A DNA stretch of 64,000 bases from Calcarisporiella thermophila CBS 279.70 (GCF_041956535.1 NW_027192195.1:412150-476149); one strand, 5' to 3'; positions 13,401-28,404 are shown, numbered from the stretch's first letter. Translations and numbers: made by a program. The notes: a model not told the origin generated them from the letters alone.

Positions 13401-14653
13401 GGTGGGGCTTGGAACCCTGGGGCGGCCTGTTTTTTGGGTGACATATCGCGAGGAGACAGGGGGCTGATGGGGCTCACCGGTGCTGGCTCGGCGCCTTCAG
13501 GCTGCGCCAACATTCGGGGTGAGATGGCCAGGTGATCGGGCGCAGGATACGTGCCCGAAGACTGCCTGGGCACGTCCGACTGAGCGTCCGCGGCAGCCAT
13601 CCATACCCCACTCTCGCGCTTGGACCGATTCCCGCTGCCCAGTACAGTCGGGATCCCAAGCAAAGAGCCGTTTCCATTCCCACTTTCGCCCCCACCCGCT
13701 TGCATCGAGCTCGCACGGGGAAGCGGCGGGGAAGGAGCACGCAAGCTGGGGTCGTGCTCTGGAATGAGGCGTGGCGGGGGAAGCATCGATTCTCGAGGCA
13801 GCGACGGCTTTTTCCGCACCACTCGGGCCTGCTCGACAGGGGGTGTGATGCTCAGTCCAGGCGCAGACAAAGACGAGTCCACCGGGGCCGAAGTGGCCTC
13901 GTTCGTCGCTTCAACACTGGTATTAAGGATGGGTAAAGTGCCTTGGGTGGTTGGTGCTAAGTCTGTTGCAGTGGCGGCCTCGGAATCAGAGATTTTGGCC
14001 TCATCTCGCGACGAGGGGGAGCGGAAAGGGGAGCGTGGCGGCGGTGCGGGTCTGGAGGCGTTGCTTATGGATACAGGGCTGACGTTGGACTGGGCCTGGG
14101 CAAGCTCGTCCATCTTTTCCTCTTTGACTTGATCCTCTCCGTCAAACTTGGCAGCAGGCTCATTGTCGGATGGCTGTGGTTCGAGCTCTGATTGAGGCAT
14201 TGGCGCCGAGGGCGCCTCATCCCTCTCAGGGTTACTCGAATCGTCCAGGGTCGGAGCGGCCGAAGGGGCCCATGTTTCCGGATGCAGCCCAGAGCCGTCA
14301 TCATTCCCCGCCGTAGAATCCTGTTCATCAGCGGCAGGGGGCTTTGCAGAAGATTTCTCTAAATCTCGTACCTTTTTCGCCAATCCATCGCGCTCAATGG
14401 CAATCTGCTCCTTCTCGTTTGTAATCCGCTGGATTTCCCGCTGCAAGTTTTGCAGAATGTTGCGCTGTTTTTCGATAATCTTCCACAAGGAATCATTCTG
14501 GGATCGTAGGGCCGTCTTTTCGCTAAGCAGCTGTTGCACCCGGGCGTCAGACTGGTCGGCGGAGGATGGCATGCTAGATGAGGAGGAGGGTGGGGTATTT
14601 GGAGGAGGCTGATGCGATGAGTCAGATGGCGAGGTTAATGGAGGATTAGGCAT
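10417..14653 (-). CDS. BEM3: Bem3-like RhoGAP with coiled-coil, PX, PH and RhoGAP domains
   Basis: LRSQNDSLWKIIEKQR coiled coil; PX (WRVEKLYSDFLALD); PH (KEGYLTKRGKSFGGWKKRYF...HILCAETDEERDEW); RhoGAP (VFGVPL, EEGIYRLSG, DVHAITGLLKLYLRELP, NKMTMRNVGIVFAPTL). Confidence 0.9.
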
Positions 14654-15383
14654 GGATTTTGTATGTTTACAGTTATTTTTTTCTATCTTGCTCCTTTGGG
14701 GTCAATCACAAGAATTAGAGGAAGAAGAAAGAGAAGATACTAGCAAGAGCAAAATCTAAGGGAGGGCGGGGGGAGGGGGGGAAGGGAGAACTGAATATCC
14801 GCTAATAGCAATATAACATTCAAGAGATGATATTAGGGAGACATTCACATGGGATCCTGGTCGATCACAGGGAGCAATCGCTTTACATAAATGCCCGTCG
14901 GTGGGGTTAGAGAGGCAGGCAATCTTGGGGATGGGGGGAAAAGCCGGAGGCTAGAAACACATCCAAATGATGGATCCGGAAAAAAAGCGAAGGGCTCAAA
15001 ACTGGAACAGCACCGAGCAACGCAAGAGGGAGAGACGCGGAACATGAAAAATCAATTTTACTCGAAACGGCCGGTGATTGGGCCCCAGCGAACTTTTTAA
15101 TAGAACTTAAGTTCTAGGGTGTTCATCACTGAACAGAGGCCGGCGTGCGGAGGGATCTTGTGTTTCAAGAGAGGGGAAGCCGCACAAAAAGGCAAGAGAA
15201 ATTTAGCAATATGGATATTCCTCCATCCAAAAATGATACCATTATAAGACACAAGACACAAGACACAAGAGCTGAGAAATGAAATAATACAACGCGAAAT
15301 TAATCCAATGTCGCCGAGCCGGACGAGACGGTCAACCGCCCTTCCCCTCTGCCCAACACGCCATCAGCCCGCGCCCCCCGATG

Positions 15384-16952
15384 TCATACCGCCGACCGTA
15401 GCGGAAACGACAGCGCCGACCCCACCACCAACCCTGCAATCAGGCACGTCACCATCATACTGCCTATCATATTTTGCTCGTGCGGCTTCACGCTCCCGAG
15501 ATTCGGGGCGGCCATCATGGCCAGCGATACGACCCAGCCATTGCTGAGCCCAAGCAGAACCACCAGGATGAAGTAGGCGGCATCGCTATTGATCACCGTG
15601 GGCATCTTCCGGCCGGGCGACATGACGTTGCACACCATAAACAGGGGCACAAAGGCCGTGCGAGCCAACGCGCCCACCACCAGCACCCAGGCACGGCGAG
15701 TGTACATCCATTGGAGGCCCGGGATGGCCCGCCCAAGCAGGTCGCCTACGTTAAATAGCAGGAAGTGGAAGGCAAGGAAGACGTCGTTCCGGTGGAACCG
15801 GGATGCCGAAGGGGTCACGGAGAGAATTTGGGTGGTGATGGAGGGGAAGACGGCAATCGTGACCAAGAAAGCATAGGCAGCCGCGAAGGCGTAGGGATAT
15901 ATTTTCTTGAAGACCGTGCGAAGGGTCGGAGGAACGGCCTCCGGGTCTAGCTTGTCGCGCACCGCTTTCTCTGAGGTGTAGTGCTAGCCCCAGATGAGGG
16001 GAAAGCGGGGAGGTGAGCATGGAGGCGAGAGGGAAGTGATTGGGCGCTCAGCTTACCTTGTAGAATGGGAGCCGGATCAGCACTAAATCCCCAATCAAGG
16101 ACGCAAACGCTATGGCGAATGCGATGATGAAGTACCAGAACGCACTCTGATCCAGATCCGCCTTTGTCAGACTGCTGCCCGAGCCTGCGCCTGCGGTGGT
16201 TGCGAGTTGCGCCAGGGCGATTCCTGCGCCTGCTACGCCTTGACCACTAAACAAAAAAGAGACAAGCAAGGAGGGGGAGAAGGAAATGAACGGTCATGCC
16301 CGTGCCGACCATGCTGAAAGAGAAACGGAGAATCGCTACCTCATGACCGCCTGGACATATATCTTGGGGAAATTGGAAACAAGCGCAAACACACCATTCT
16401 GGTACAGTGCCGAGGAAGCGCCGGTCACGGCAACCAACCCGAGCACGACCCGGAAGTAGAGTTCATCCTCCCCCAATGCAGCGGTGCGTGCAGAGAGTGC
16501 GAGCAGCATCATGACGACTACATTGATGGAGATAGCACAGAGGATGCGGCTCTGGAAAAAGCCGCGGTTGGTGAAGAGAAGGGCAAGGGTCAGGGATACA
16601 AGGTTGGGGATGTTGTAGGCGATGGAGAAGAAGTTCTGGAACGTCTTTGCGTAAGGGGTGGCCGCAAAGCGCTGCTCGAAGAAGCTAGAAGCTGTGACCA
16701 CCACTGGGGAAAAGTAAAGGCATGGAGATCAGAGGGATGACCCCCAAGCTTGGGCCAGGAAAGGGTGCCCCTACCGTTGAACTGCAATAGAATCGACACC
16801 CCATGCAGTAGAAAGATCCAGTAGACCAGCCGGCCCGCATCTCGCACCTGCTTGCGATCCCTCTCCCCGCACTCCACCTCCACCGTCGAGGCGGAGTGCT
16901 CGGTTTTTTCGTCGGAATGCATCGTCAATGACGGCACACGAGAGCTCTCCAT
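15384..16952 (-). CDS. Equilibrative nucleoside transporter (ENT/SLC29, Fun26-like)
   Basis: YWIFLLHGVSILLQFN, VVTASSFF, VMSGQGVAG, TIAVFPSIT, FNVGDLLGR and LLGLSNGW; many hydrophobic helices; GT-AG introns. Confidence 0.92.
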
Positions 16953-17453
16953 GATCACCTCTTCTCGCTTTCCTTTAGCTACGGCCGCTGGTGCTATTCG
17001 GTTAGTGGTCTCTTCGCCCCTCAGAGCTAAGGTAAATAGAGAGCAGGGAGAGTGTGAGGCGAGGAGAGTGGGGGAAGAGTAAGCGCACAAGGTGCACCTG
17101 TGCAAGCTTCCCGAATTAGAAATAAGCAATCTAAGCCGTGCCGGTCCGACTCGGAAAGACTCTGCTCAAGGGTAAGATTGGATGCTTGGTTCGCACGATT
17201 GCAGTGATTATAGCAATTTCACTTCTTATTCACAGAAACAGGCCGGGGGGGGGGGGGGGAAAACTAGGCCAGTTACAAAGAGGAGACAAAAAACAAGATG
17301 GATGGCTAGCATAAATCAAGACAAAAAGAAGAGAGAAGAGGAGATAAAAAGGGGCTGGAAGAGCATGCTTTATAGGAGAAGACAGGAGAAATAGTACATA
17401 TATCCAATGGGCAAGCAGCAAAATAAACAAGGAGAGATTCACGCAGGCCGTGT

Positions 17454-18751
17454 TTACTTGGCCGTCGCAAACCCAACGCGGTCGTTGCCCAGGTCATAAA
17501 CGGTATAGAATTTGCGCAGGAACACGTCGCCCACGATCCAGAGGGGCCCAGCGGGCGCGGGGATGTCCATTCCCATGAAGCCGCTCACGCACTGGCCTTG
17601 CACTTCGAGGATGTAATCCTTTCCGCTCAGGCAGAAATCCTTCTTGTTGAAGGTGAGGCAGAAGTCGGGCAGCGAGCCCACCACGCTACAGTCGAGAGTG
17701 TATTGTCCGCTCCAGTTCTTTTTGGCGCCGATTTGTTTGTTGATCAGGTCGGCCAGCATCGTCGGGACCGCAAACAGGGAGGAGCCGGTGTCGATGGCCG
17801 CGCCGACGGGTTCGATGTCGATGGACTCGCCGCCAAACTTCACGTCCTCCAGCTCCACCTCCCAGTAGCCCTTGCGGCGCACGGGGGCCCAGTGAATATC
17901 GCCGGTGTAGTGGTTCTTGTCAGTTCCCCCCAGCACCATCTCGCCGCCCTCGCCGCCCTCGCCGCTCTCGGACGCCCTGTTCAGCCAGAACGCAAACACG
18001 GGCTCATCGACGAGCTTCTTGTCGACCATGTTGTAAAACGGGGGGACCACGTGCTGCACGGAAATGCGATCGTACCCAAGCCCGAAGATACCATCGAAGC
18101 GCCCAAACGCAAACGTCAGCCCCGGTTCCTTGACGGACTCGCCAAAGTCTTGGCCTTGGACCTTGATGCCGCCGACGGTGAGCACGTCGTTCGAGATGAT
18201 GCCCTCGAGGGAGCCGGTGCCGTATCGGATGGCAAATTCGGTGCCGTTTTCCTTGAACGTCTTGGAGAGCTGCGAATCATATCGGTTGTGTAGGAAGCAG
18301 GCGATCGAGTTGCAGTGGGTGGAAGGAACCCACAAGTTTGACGATCCGGTATCAAATACGACGGTGAACTTCTGGGGCGGCGTCCCTAGCCCAATCTCCC
18401 CAAAGTACTGCGCGTCCATGAAGTTCGAGAGGGGGACACCATGGTCAGCGCTGCCGTCCGCGTTGAGCGCGATCACCTCACCGGAATTGCGCGAATAGCG
18501 CCGGGTGCCAAAATATTTTTGGGTGAGATATTCACCCGTACGCGAGAGAGACTCGAGGCGCTGGCCGGGGGATTGCTTAAGTTTCTTGAGCTGGATCCTA
18601 ATGAGACAAAGATTAGTCAGGTGAACATGGTAAAATGGGAAAAAAAAAGGAAGAGAAGAAAAAGCAGTCGAGCAAATTACTTTTGGACATCCGCATCCAC
18701 GGTCAAGCTCAGTAGAGCTGTTAGAGCGATGGAGACAAGAGCAAATTTCAT
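17454..18751 (-). CDS. PEP4: Vacuolar aspartyl protease (saccharopepsin/proteinase A)
   Basis: Signal peptide MKFALVSIALTALL; HGVPLSNFMDAQYFGEI, FDTGSSNLWVPS, AIDTGSSL and WIVGDVFLRKFYTVYDLG. Confidence 0.96.
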
Positions 18752-19165
18752 TACTAAAGCTAACAGTAACGTGTGGAAAAAGAAATAATCAATCCGGAAA
18801 TATATAATAAAAAAAAACGGGCTGAATAAGAGAGATTGTAAAAGAACGCCCCCAAGAGAAAGAATGTCGGAGATTTCATAACCTAACCTAGACTAATTGA
18901 ATAATCGATGGTTCGATTTCTCTCATTAGCCTGTCCACCCTCTCCTTGAACGTAAATTGAGGTGGGGGTACCGAATCATCGGCCACCGACCCGTTTAGGT
19001 AGGGATTCCATGCACAACCTCGGAATACAATACCAAAAGCGATCATAATTATGTTTTCCTCTCTAGTCACCCCATTTGATTCATGTCTACGCTAGTTTTT
19101 GTGATGCGGTAGGATGTTCTTTTCCACATTTAAAGGCCACAGTTTGAATTATGTAAAACCTCTCT

Positions 19166-21687
19166 CTATTTTCCTTTTTCATGGTCCCCTTGCTGAAGAA
19201 GTTCACGCACACGGTTGAGGCCGTCCATCAACATCCAAAGCTTCATTTGCTGCTCCGGGTCTGTCGGCTGTTCAAGGAGGTCCTGGATACGGATGCCAAC
19301 TGGCTCTAGAAATTCTCGACGCATCCAGTGCTGGGTAGAGGATTCCCAGATACCAGTCTAGGGTAGAGATGGGAGGAGCGGGAGAGTTAAGACTCACACA
19401 AAGTTATCAGAGTAACAGCGGTTAGAAAAACAAGGGAATACCTGATTATCCTTGTCTCGCACAAGGATAAAGATCCAAAAATTCACCACCTGCAAAAGGG
19501 TTCCCCACCATTCCCAAAAGCCATCCACGGTCGCCATCATGTCCCTCTTCCTCTCCTCCTCCACCTCATCCTCCTTGTCATCCAGTTCCTGCATCTCTTC
19601 GACTCCCTTGATGCTTCCACTTTCGACTTTGATCCTAAATATATCTCGCCACAGCTCCCCTAAAAATTTCCCACTGAAGACTCCGCCCTCCATGACCCAG
19701 TCCTTCACGAGGGAAATCGCCCCGGCCCGTGCAGGTTGCAGGGGACTCCGAAGAAGCTCCTTAGCAACCACAGCGCGAGCTTCAGGGCGGAAGGAGAGGG
19801 TGTAGCGCTTCAGCGCCTCGAATGCTAGAAAGCGAAAAGTGGGATTCGGGTTTGTGCATGAAAATAGGGCCATCTCCTCGACGAACTTTAAAGGCTTGAG
19901 CTGGAAGGGATAAGTGGTCACACTGAGTTCATCGATACCAAATAGCCCGGGATCCAGGCGCTCGACCGTGTATAATAGGACGGAGAGGGCTGGGTCGAAG
20001 ACACCGGGTTGGCTGGATGCAGAAGCTAGTGAATTGTATGCGAGGGGAAGCGCGACACGAAAGAGCCATCCATGCGAGAGAGGCTGAGGCAATGGGTGGT
20101 GAGAAGCATGAAGACACGAGAGAATCGAAAACCCGAGCATGATTGAAATGCCATTGGGTGGAAGAGGGAGGGTTCTCTCGGTTGCTTCACCCTCCTTCTC
20201 CTCTTCACCTGGTGTCGAGGTAGAAACGAAATCTTGAAAACGAGGATCAGTGCCCACATGACTCCACGTCAAAGGAATAACCAATATCTACATACCCTCG
20301 CCAACGTTGCATTCAACATAATATACCAGGTCCTCAAAACCTAAACGCAATGAGCTTGCCAGCCTCTTGGGTAAATATTAGCATAAAACAAGCCTGGACT
20401 TGATGTTCCATATGAAAAGTCTATCCCACCCTGATTCTGTCGACGGTTTGAAGAGTCTCTTTCTTTGGCTCGCCAACATCCAACGCACTACCCTTAAAGT
20501 TATACCGGGAATGTAGTCTAGAATAATAGGCGGCGCCGATGTGGAGCTCACGCCGGGCAAAGTACGCGTCCACCCAGGTAAGTAGTATGAAGACGAAGAG
20601 ATATCGTAGCGATTCCGTTTCGTCCTCACTATTTAGACGCAAAAAAAGTGGAAACTCCTAAACCGAAATAAAAAACACGAGTGATATAAGCCGTTTGCTA
20701 CAACAAAGTCTCTTTATGGCAAATGGGATTGCAGCTTACCTCCTCCGCAATCTGTATATGGACCGACATTTTCTCCAAGAAAGACAGAAAAAATTCAGCC
20801 AACGCATCCACCCCCTGCTCAGAATCGGTTGGACTAGGAGAGTCTTCCAGGGCGAGCCGTTTCAGTGAATGTAGCGCGGGCAAGAACAGTTTCACAACGC
20901 TTAGTAGAAAGGTGGAGAGCCGTTTGGTTTTGATGCGTGGTAGCACTATCCACCATTTGCGCATTAGAAATGCAGAGCTTTATAATACAATACAAAAATA
21001 AAGTTAGGCTATTACCCTGCAAGAGCCCGCTCCCCAGGTGGGTAAAAACCACGATCCTGTCCCTAAGTAGATGGCTCGCGTCCACATTCCAATCCAGGGC
21101 TCCCAAATGATTTAAAATCATAAGATATACTTCGCGGGGGTTGCCGTGCATGGATATGGTGTCTAACAACGTCGAAGTAGAGGTGAGGATATCCGGGGCC
21201 TGGTCAGCTCCCGTGGGCGAGGAATAGGTGAGAAAGGGTAACAAATATCCATAGATATCCCAACCGGAATGCTCTAACATTTTGATCTTGGTTAATGGGA
21301 GAAACATGGCAACGTTAAATATGGTGAGAATAAAGTCCAACTGCAGCACAACAACTAAATTACTTTGTACCGTCTAATGGGTTCACTCTCGCTCTCGGTG
21401 GGCACCAAGACCTTTTTAACCGTGAGCAAGAGGCTAAACACTTGGCTTGGCGTATACTTTTCCAAAGCATTGGCAAGATGAAGTTCTAAAAGAGTCGAGA
21501 ATGCGATGTAAGGCTCCGGGTGGATTTGAGCCTCCTAGAGTGCGACACGATCTTAGCATCCATCCCAATAATAAAATAGGCGGAAGAGAGAAATGGGGAG
21601 CGGAAACCCTGCTTTTACCCTTAGACACGTTGCAAAGCCTTCCTCAATAGCCTCTATCGATTCCAAACAATCCTGTTGATCGTCCAT
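19166..21687 (-). CDS. Glomulin/ALF4/Ybp1-family protein (multi-exon; start uncertain)
   Basis: GWDIYGYLLP, HGNPREVYL, RAGAISLVKD and C-terminal ILVRDKDNQ|TGIW, matching the glomulin-family DK.N.TG.W motif. Confidence 0.7.
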
Positions 21688-22197
21688 GATGTCGGCCTTC
21701 CTCTAGATCTGGATGCCACTATTTGAGCTTTTATTAGCGTGAAACGGAGTTTGAAAATGTAATCAAAGGGGGGGGGGGGAGTGGCCACCCGAAAGACAAT
21801 CGCAGGCTGGCCCAACCCCATGGTCGAGAGACTACTGTTCCGAACAGAGCCTGCGCGGCTACCCTATCGGTAGCAGACAGCTCTGCGTGTTCGGACGCAA
21901 TATTTGCGACGGATATAGGTTGACTTTATTGTTCGATTTATTTTTTTAAGTATACATGTATATTGGAGAGGGGAGGAAAATTGAGTGGAGAGAAACAAAA
22001 AAAGAGAAACAACTATTCTAGACCTATGTGATATGAAATAAGACAACCTAAGGAAAAGAAAAGCAATAAAGAGGCTATGTACAAAGTGAGGTTTTTGCAT
22101 GGGATTTTTGTGAGTATATATGTATGAAGTCGAGTTTTGCGCTCTGGGAAGAGCAAGTATGTCGAGCTGCTAGATTGGAGACCAGCTCACGTCATGC

Positions 22198-22770
22198 TTA
22201 TATTGACCCCTGGGCGCCCTTGACTCTTTTGCTTTGGTAGTCTCGAATGGCACTTTTGATGGCATCCTCGGCCAACATCGAGCAGTGCAGCTTAACAGGC
22301 GGTAGAGAGAGCTCCTTTGCAATCTCCGTATTCTTGATGGTACCAGCTTCATCCAGGCTCAGACCTTTTACACGCTCCGAGACCAGGCTTGAGGAGGCAA
22401 TGGCCGATCCGCACCCAAAGGTTTTGAATTTGACCTCGGTGATCTTGCCCGTTGCCTCATCAACGCGGATCTGAAGTTTCATTACATCACCGCAGGCGGG
22501 CGCGCCCACTAAACCGGTGCCGACATCGGGATCGAGTTTATTGAGAGAGCCTACATTCCTGGGATGTTCATAGTGGTCGATCACCTACGCAAACGAAAAA
22601 TAAAAAGAGTTTAGAACTGATAACATGAACCAGCATTAGGGGGAGTAGGGGGGGGGGGAGAATGCAAAGTCCACCTTTGGGTGATAGCTTCTCCGGGCAG
22701 TTGCAGTAAAAGCCGGGTTAATCCGAGCAGAGGCGCGCTTGAAATTAGAAATCAATGTAAAGCGAAGCAT
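22198..22770 (-). CDS. ISU1: Mitochondrial Fe-S cluster scaffold Isu1/IscU
   Basis: Exons 22675-22770 (Arg-rich presequence) and 22198-22584; YHPKVIDHYEHPRNVG, GAPACGDVM, KTFGCGSAIASSS and LPPVKLHCSMLAEDAIK. Confidence 0.98.
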
Positions 22771-22856
22771 TTCGATAAGGTAGTGGCCGAATTGGATCAA
22801 AGAAAGAAGAAAAATGAAAACGGGCATTTCTCTGGATCGAGGGATCAGAATAAAAA

Positions 22857-23384
22857 ATCAGATTACTGCGGAGCCGTCCGCAGCAAGATTACTCAGAGGG
22901 GGCCTGGTCTAAATCGGATAAGGATGAAATTCGATGGAGTAGCTAAATCGGGTTTAAAGCGAAGATAGCTTTCTCCCTAGTATCGCAGCATTTTTCGCTT
23001 TTCTCTCGTCAAAAGGCCCTGTCCCTCTCCCCTTCAATGTCACTCAGAAATGTTCCACTTCTTGGGACCTCTTTTAGTCTAGAGGGAGGCCACCGAGCCA
23101 TCTGTCAAACCCCTTCTTGTTTCTTCTTAGAAGAGCAAAATATATTTTTGGGAAGAGGTCATGGTCTCTTATGGCGCTTTATCATAGAAACTCAGAAATC
23201 CCCCAGTGTTAAGCTGGTGTTCCAAAAAAAAAGAGGTGAGGATAGAAGAACCAATGTTTCGCACCGCCTTCTAGTAGGATGCGTCCGGGGAGATTTCAAC
23301 GATAATGGATTCGCCTATCTCCCTGGCAGCTATCTCATTATTTTTTGTGGGGGGGGGGGGAACAAGTTCTGAAGAATCAGATAG
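22857..23384. promoter_or_regulatory. Extended GATA motifs resembling iron-GATA repressor sites upstream of ISU1
   Basis: ATCAGATTA 22857-22865, ATCGGATAA 22913-22921 and ATCAGATAG 23376-23384, each one mismatch from ATCWGATAA. Confidence 0.35.
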
Positions 23385-24110
23385 GACAATTTACCAAGAT
23401 AATGACCCAAGTACAAGACTGGAATCCTTTATTTACAATCGAAATCAGCGACCCATATCAGGCAAGAAAAAAGAAGGGCTCTCCCTCTCTATCTATGGGC
23501 GCGCGACGGGTATCCAGTTCGCGGCTGGGGAAAACCACAAATATATCGGACCATACGTAATCGTGTCTTGGCGGGTGACTAATAATGAATGTTAGTTTCA
23601 TATGGTGGTCCATGGTGATTCTAAGATGGATCGCTCCCTACCTCCTCGCGCGCAATGGCGTGCATGACCAGCAGAGACTCTAGCTGCAGAGTGTCGGCGG
23701 CAGACTGGCGTAGCTCATTGAGCTCGAGATCGTTGCGCTGAGCGCGTGTGACGGGAGGAAGCACAGGGCTGGTGGAGCTGGAAAACGGGGGCATGGCTTC
23801 CTAGCTAACCATGCGGAGCTCAGGATCACCTGTTCGCAGGTTGAAACCTTGGTTCGAATTCGGCGTGATTTTGAGCGGGCCAAGCCACGGATGATGTCGA
23901 ACAATTTCACCGGGGTGAGGGGGGGGGGGATTGGCGAAGGGATGGTTTTGTTGCGGAGATACGTTGAAGCGAAATTAACATGAGAATAATTAATAATAAA
24001 CAGATAGCTTTGGCCAAGCTAAGAAACTGAGCTTGACAGGAGGATACCGTATTGTGCAAAGGTGGGGGGGACACAGCGGAAGAGGAGGCCTGCTGGGCCT
24101 GAATTTGCTC

Positions 24111-24172
24111 AGATAAAGAGATAAAAAAAGCGGCTCTTTTGGTTTATCTATCTTCGTGCGCCGGTCTTATCT
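24111..24172. promoter_or_regulatory. Dense cluster of five HGATAR sites
   Basis: AGATAA 24111 and 24119; TTATCT 24144, CTATCT 24148 and TTATCT 24167. Confidence 0.5.
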
Positions 24173-25232
24173 CTTAGCGACCGCGAGGACTTTTTCAGAG
24201 TCCTCCACTGCACACGCAAACAGGGTTGGGCAAAAGCAAAGGCGGCCGGGACGTGACAGCTCTAAACATTCGGAGCCGCCAACACAAGCCCTGCCCCAGA
24301 GCCGGCCTTCCATATCGGCCGCAAATGCCCAAAACGAGGAGCGCGGCCGAACAATTCGGGCTAGAGTGGGGGAGGGGGGAGGCGGGATGGTTATTGGACC
24401 AGTCCCCCGCGTCCATGTTCTACATTTGCGAGGGCCTCGGGGGGCTGATATCTCTGGAACAGGGAGGTGGGCGTGGCGAGGGCGAGGGAGGGGGGGGGCG
24501 GCCGTGGTGTTGCCCGATTCATGTGAAAGACAGCAGAGTCAGAAAAGGCCTTCTTGAAACAGATCCCTTAAATTTTTCGCAATCGATAAACCAATCGCCC
24601 CATGTTTTTGCTCCAGAAGTTGAAGATCCGACCGGGAAGGAGCAGGCGCGATTTCCGGTGGAGTGGAGAAGGCGGGGACTGAGGCCAGCCCGCCAAAACC
24701 AACCAATGTGGCGGGGCCCGCAATCAAGCCCGGCAGAAAATGAGAAATCGATAACACCAACACCGGAGTCGTATTAACTGCGCAAATATCCCGTTTTCAT
24801 TTTCCATGCATGCTCATAGGGACGCAGAGATTCGCCATCTCACACAACGATGCACACAATTGCACGTGCATGAGGGGGGCGAGCAGGGAGGGGGCGGATA
24901 GCTGACTTATTCGGAAGCAATGAGGGACTTCCCGATAACGGCAAAAACTACATGCTGCTGTCTTTATATAATAATATATTACATATCCGTTAGCAAAAGT
25001 TTCCGAAACATTTGGAACCCTTGGATTTGGCGATATAAATAACCGGCCCTCCCCCCCGCTGCGTGGCCTCTTTTCTCTTCCTGTATCGAGCCCCTCTCCT
25101 CTTGGCCCACCACCGCAATTCCTACGCCCCTCATCTCCCCACCGCTGCTCAACCCTTCGCCGCTCCGGCTTCTTACTCGAGTCTCGACCCGCGCCGTTCC
25201 ACCAAGCTCAGCTAGTGATTGTCGCCCACACC

Positions 25233-26027
25233 ATGGCCTCATCGTTTGCCGCCGCCACCGGCCTGCTCCACCTCTCGCAATTGCCCTCGGCCTGCCAGGC
25301 CACGCCCTCCAAGCGAGGCGCCCCCTCGCGCAAGCACCCCTCGCCCGACCACGCACCCAACCGCCCGTACAAGTGTAGCGTCTGCGACAAGGCATTCGTC
25401 CGCCTCGAGCACCAGACTCGGCACATGCGCACGCACACCGGCGAGAAACCCCACGCCTGCACCTTCCCCGGCTGCGAAAAGCGCTTCTCTCGCAGCGACG
25501 AGCTGACCCGCCACTCGCGCATCCACACCAACTCCAAGCGCCAGCGCCTCGGCCGGCCGCTGGAGGTCAGCTGGAAGCCCTACCCTTGCCCGTCGCCCGG
25601 CTGCGTGCGCTCCTTCTCCCGAGAGGGCCACCTGGCCCGCCACATGCGCACCCAGCACCCCACCGAGATCCCCACCCCCGACATGTCCCCCCGCGCCGAG
25701 TCCTCCTCCGACGACGAGATCGAGAGCGAGGAGGAGGAGATCATCACCCCGGACATCTCCCCCGTCCGCTCCCCCGAGCTCAAGCACAAATACCCCCCCG
25801 GAACAGGCTTCGGCGCCCGCCTCTCCGACATCCTCGACGACGACAGAACCCCCAGCGCTCGGGTCCTGCCGCTGCCCTCCCCGCTGGCCCCCCCCGCCCT
25901 CTCCTCCCCTTACCTGTACGCCTCTGGATCTCCATCGCGACACCCGCCCCTCCCTCCCCCGCCGCCCAAGGCCCCGGCTTCCCACGTCTCCCTGCCTCCC
26001 ATTAGAGATTTTCTGTATGCGCAATAA
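25233..26027 (+). CDS. creA: CreA/Mig1-like carbon catabolite repressor with three C2H2 fingers, intronless
   Basis: [55 protein letters not shown] is the CreA/Mig1 signature; C-terminal LPPIRDFL effector-like motif; TATAAATA at about 25034. Confidence 0.88.
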   Translation: MASSFAAATGLLHLSQLPSACQATPSKRGAPSRKHPSPDHAPNRPYKCSVCDKAFVRLEHQTRHMRTHTGEKPHACTFPGCEKRFSRSDELTRHSRIHTNSKRQRLGRPLEVSWKPYPCPSPGCVRSFSREGHLARHMRTQHPTEIPTPDMSPRAESSSDDEIESEEEEIITPDISPVRSPELKHKYPPGTGFGARLSDILDDDRTPSARVLPLPSPLAPPALSSPYLYASGSPSRHPPLPPPPPKAPASHVSLPPIRDFLYAQ

Positions 26028-26835
26028 TGGCCGCCGTCTACCCCTCTCCCCCTATATCTCTCCCATATGGACAGCATTGAATGCTTAATCTTGTAATTAT
26101 TGGCATATAGTTCATTTTCTTTTCGTGTGTGTAATATTGTTCCCCCTCCATTTTCCTTTTCTTTGCATCTGTCTATTAGAGTTATTGTTTCTTATCCTTC
26201 CTATTGTTTTATTAGCTATTGCTAGAATGATGATAATTAGAACCCATATTCACTCTTCTCGTAATAACATAATGCATCTCTTTTTCTCCAATTTCGGCGG
26301 CCGGCAAACTTTGAGAGAGGGGGTGGAAAGTGAGGATGTCTCCACACAGATGCAATTAATGATCACAATGAGGGGGGGGTTGCCGCTGCGGGGGAGAGAG
26401 AGGGGACAGGTGTGGCAAACGTTAGAGGAAAGAAGGGGGATGATGGGCGACATAATGGAGGGGATCTGCAGTGCAGCGCAGAAAACCCAACGGTTTCCCC
26501 CAAAAGGAAGGATGATGTGATATTGGGTCAGCGGCACTTATTCGTTGTCCCGTTGGCCTGATTTTGCTAGCCCAGTCCCCCCAATGCCTTTTTTCGGCGG
26601 GACGGCCTCCGCTTTCTCCCTTTCCTCTCATGCACCCTAATGAACCCACTCTTTCCTTTTGCCTTCCGTTTTTAGAAATCGTGAAATAGGAATTAAGATA
26701 AAAAAGAGAAATAAACACACAATAATTATAATAAATACATAAAACGATAAAAAAAGCGGGCAACACAATAACTGCACGTACAAAGAAGAAGAAGAAAAGA
26801 TTTGCTTCATGATGAATAAAGATAGGAAGATTAAA

Positions 26836-28404
<1,569 letters not shown>

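Noticed and set aside
17598-18293. 231-aa plus-strand ORF; similarly 25239-26024 and 56565-57482 on the minus strand
   Set aside because: Antisense shadows of PEP4, the CreA-like gene and the PstS-GPCR gene.
23790-23865. GGTTCGAATTC B-box/T-loop-like motif with nearby hairpins (ACCTG-TTCG-CAGGT)
   Set aside because: No cloverleaf, acceptor stem or A-box can be built, so it cannot be called a tRNA or tRNA-Sec.
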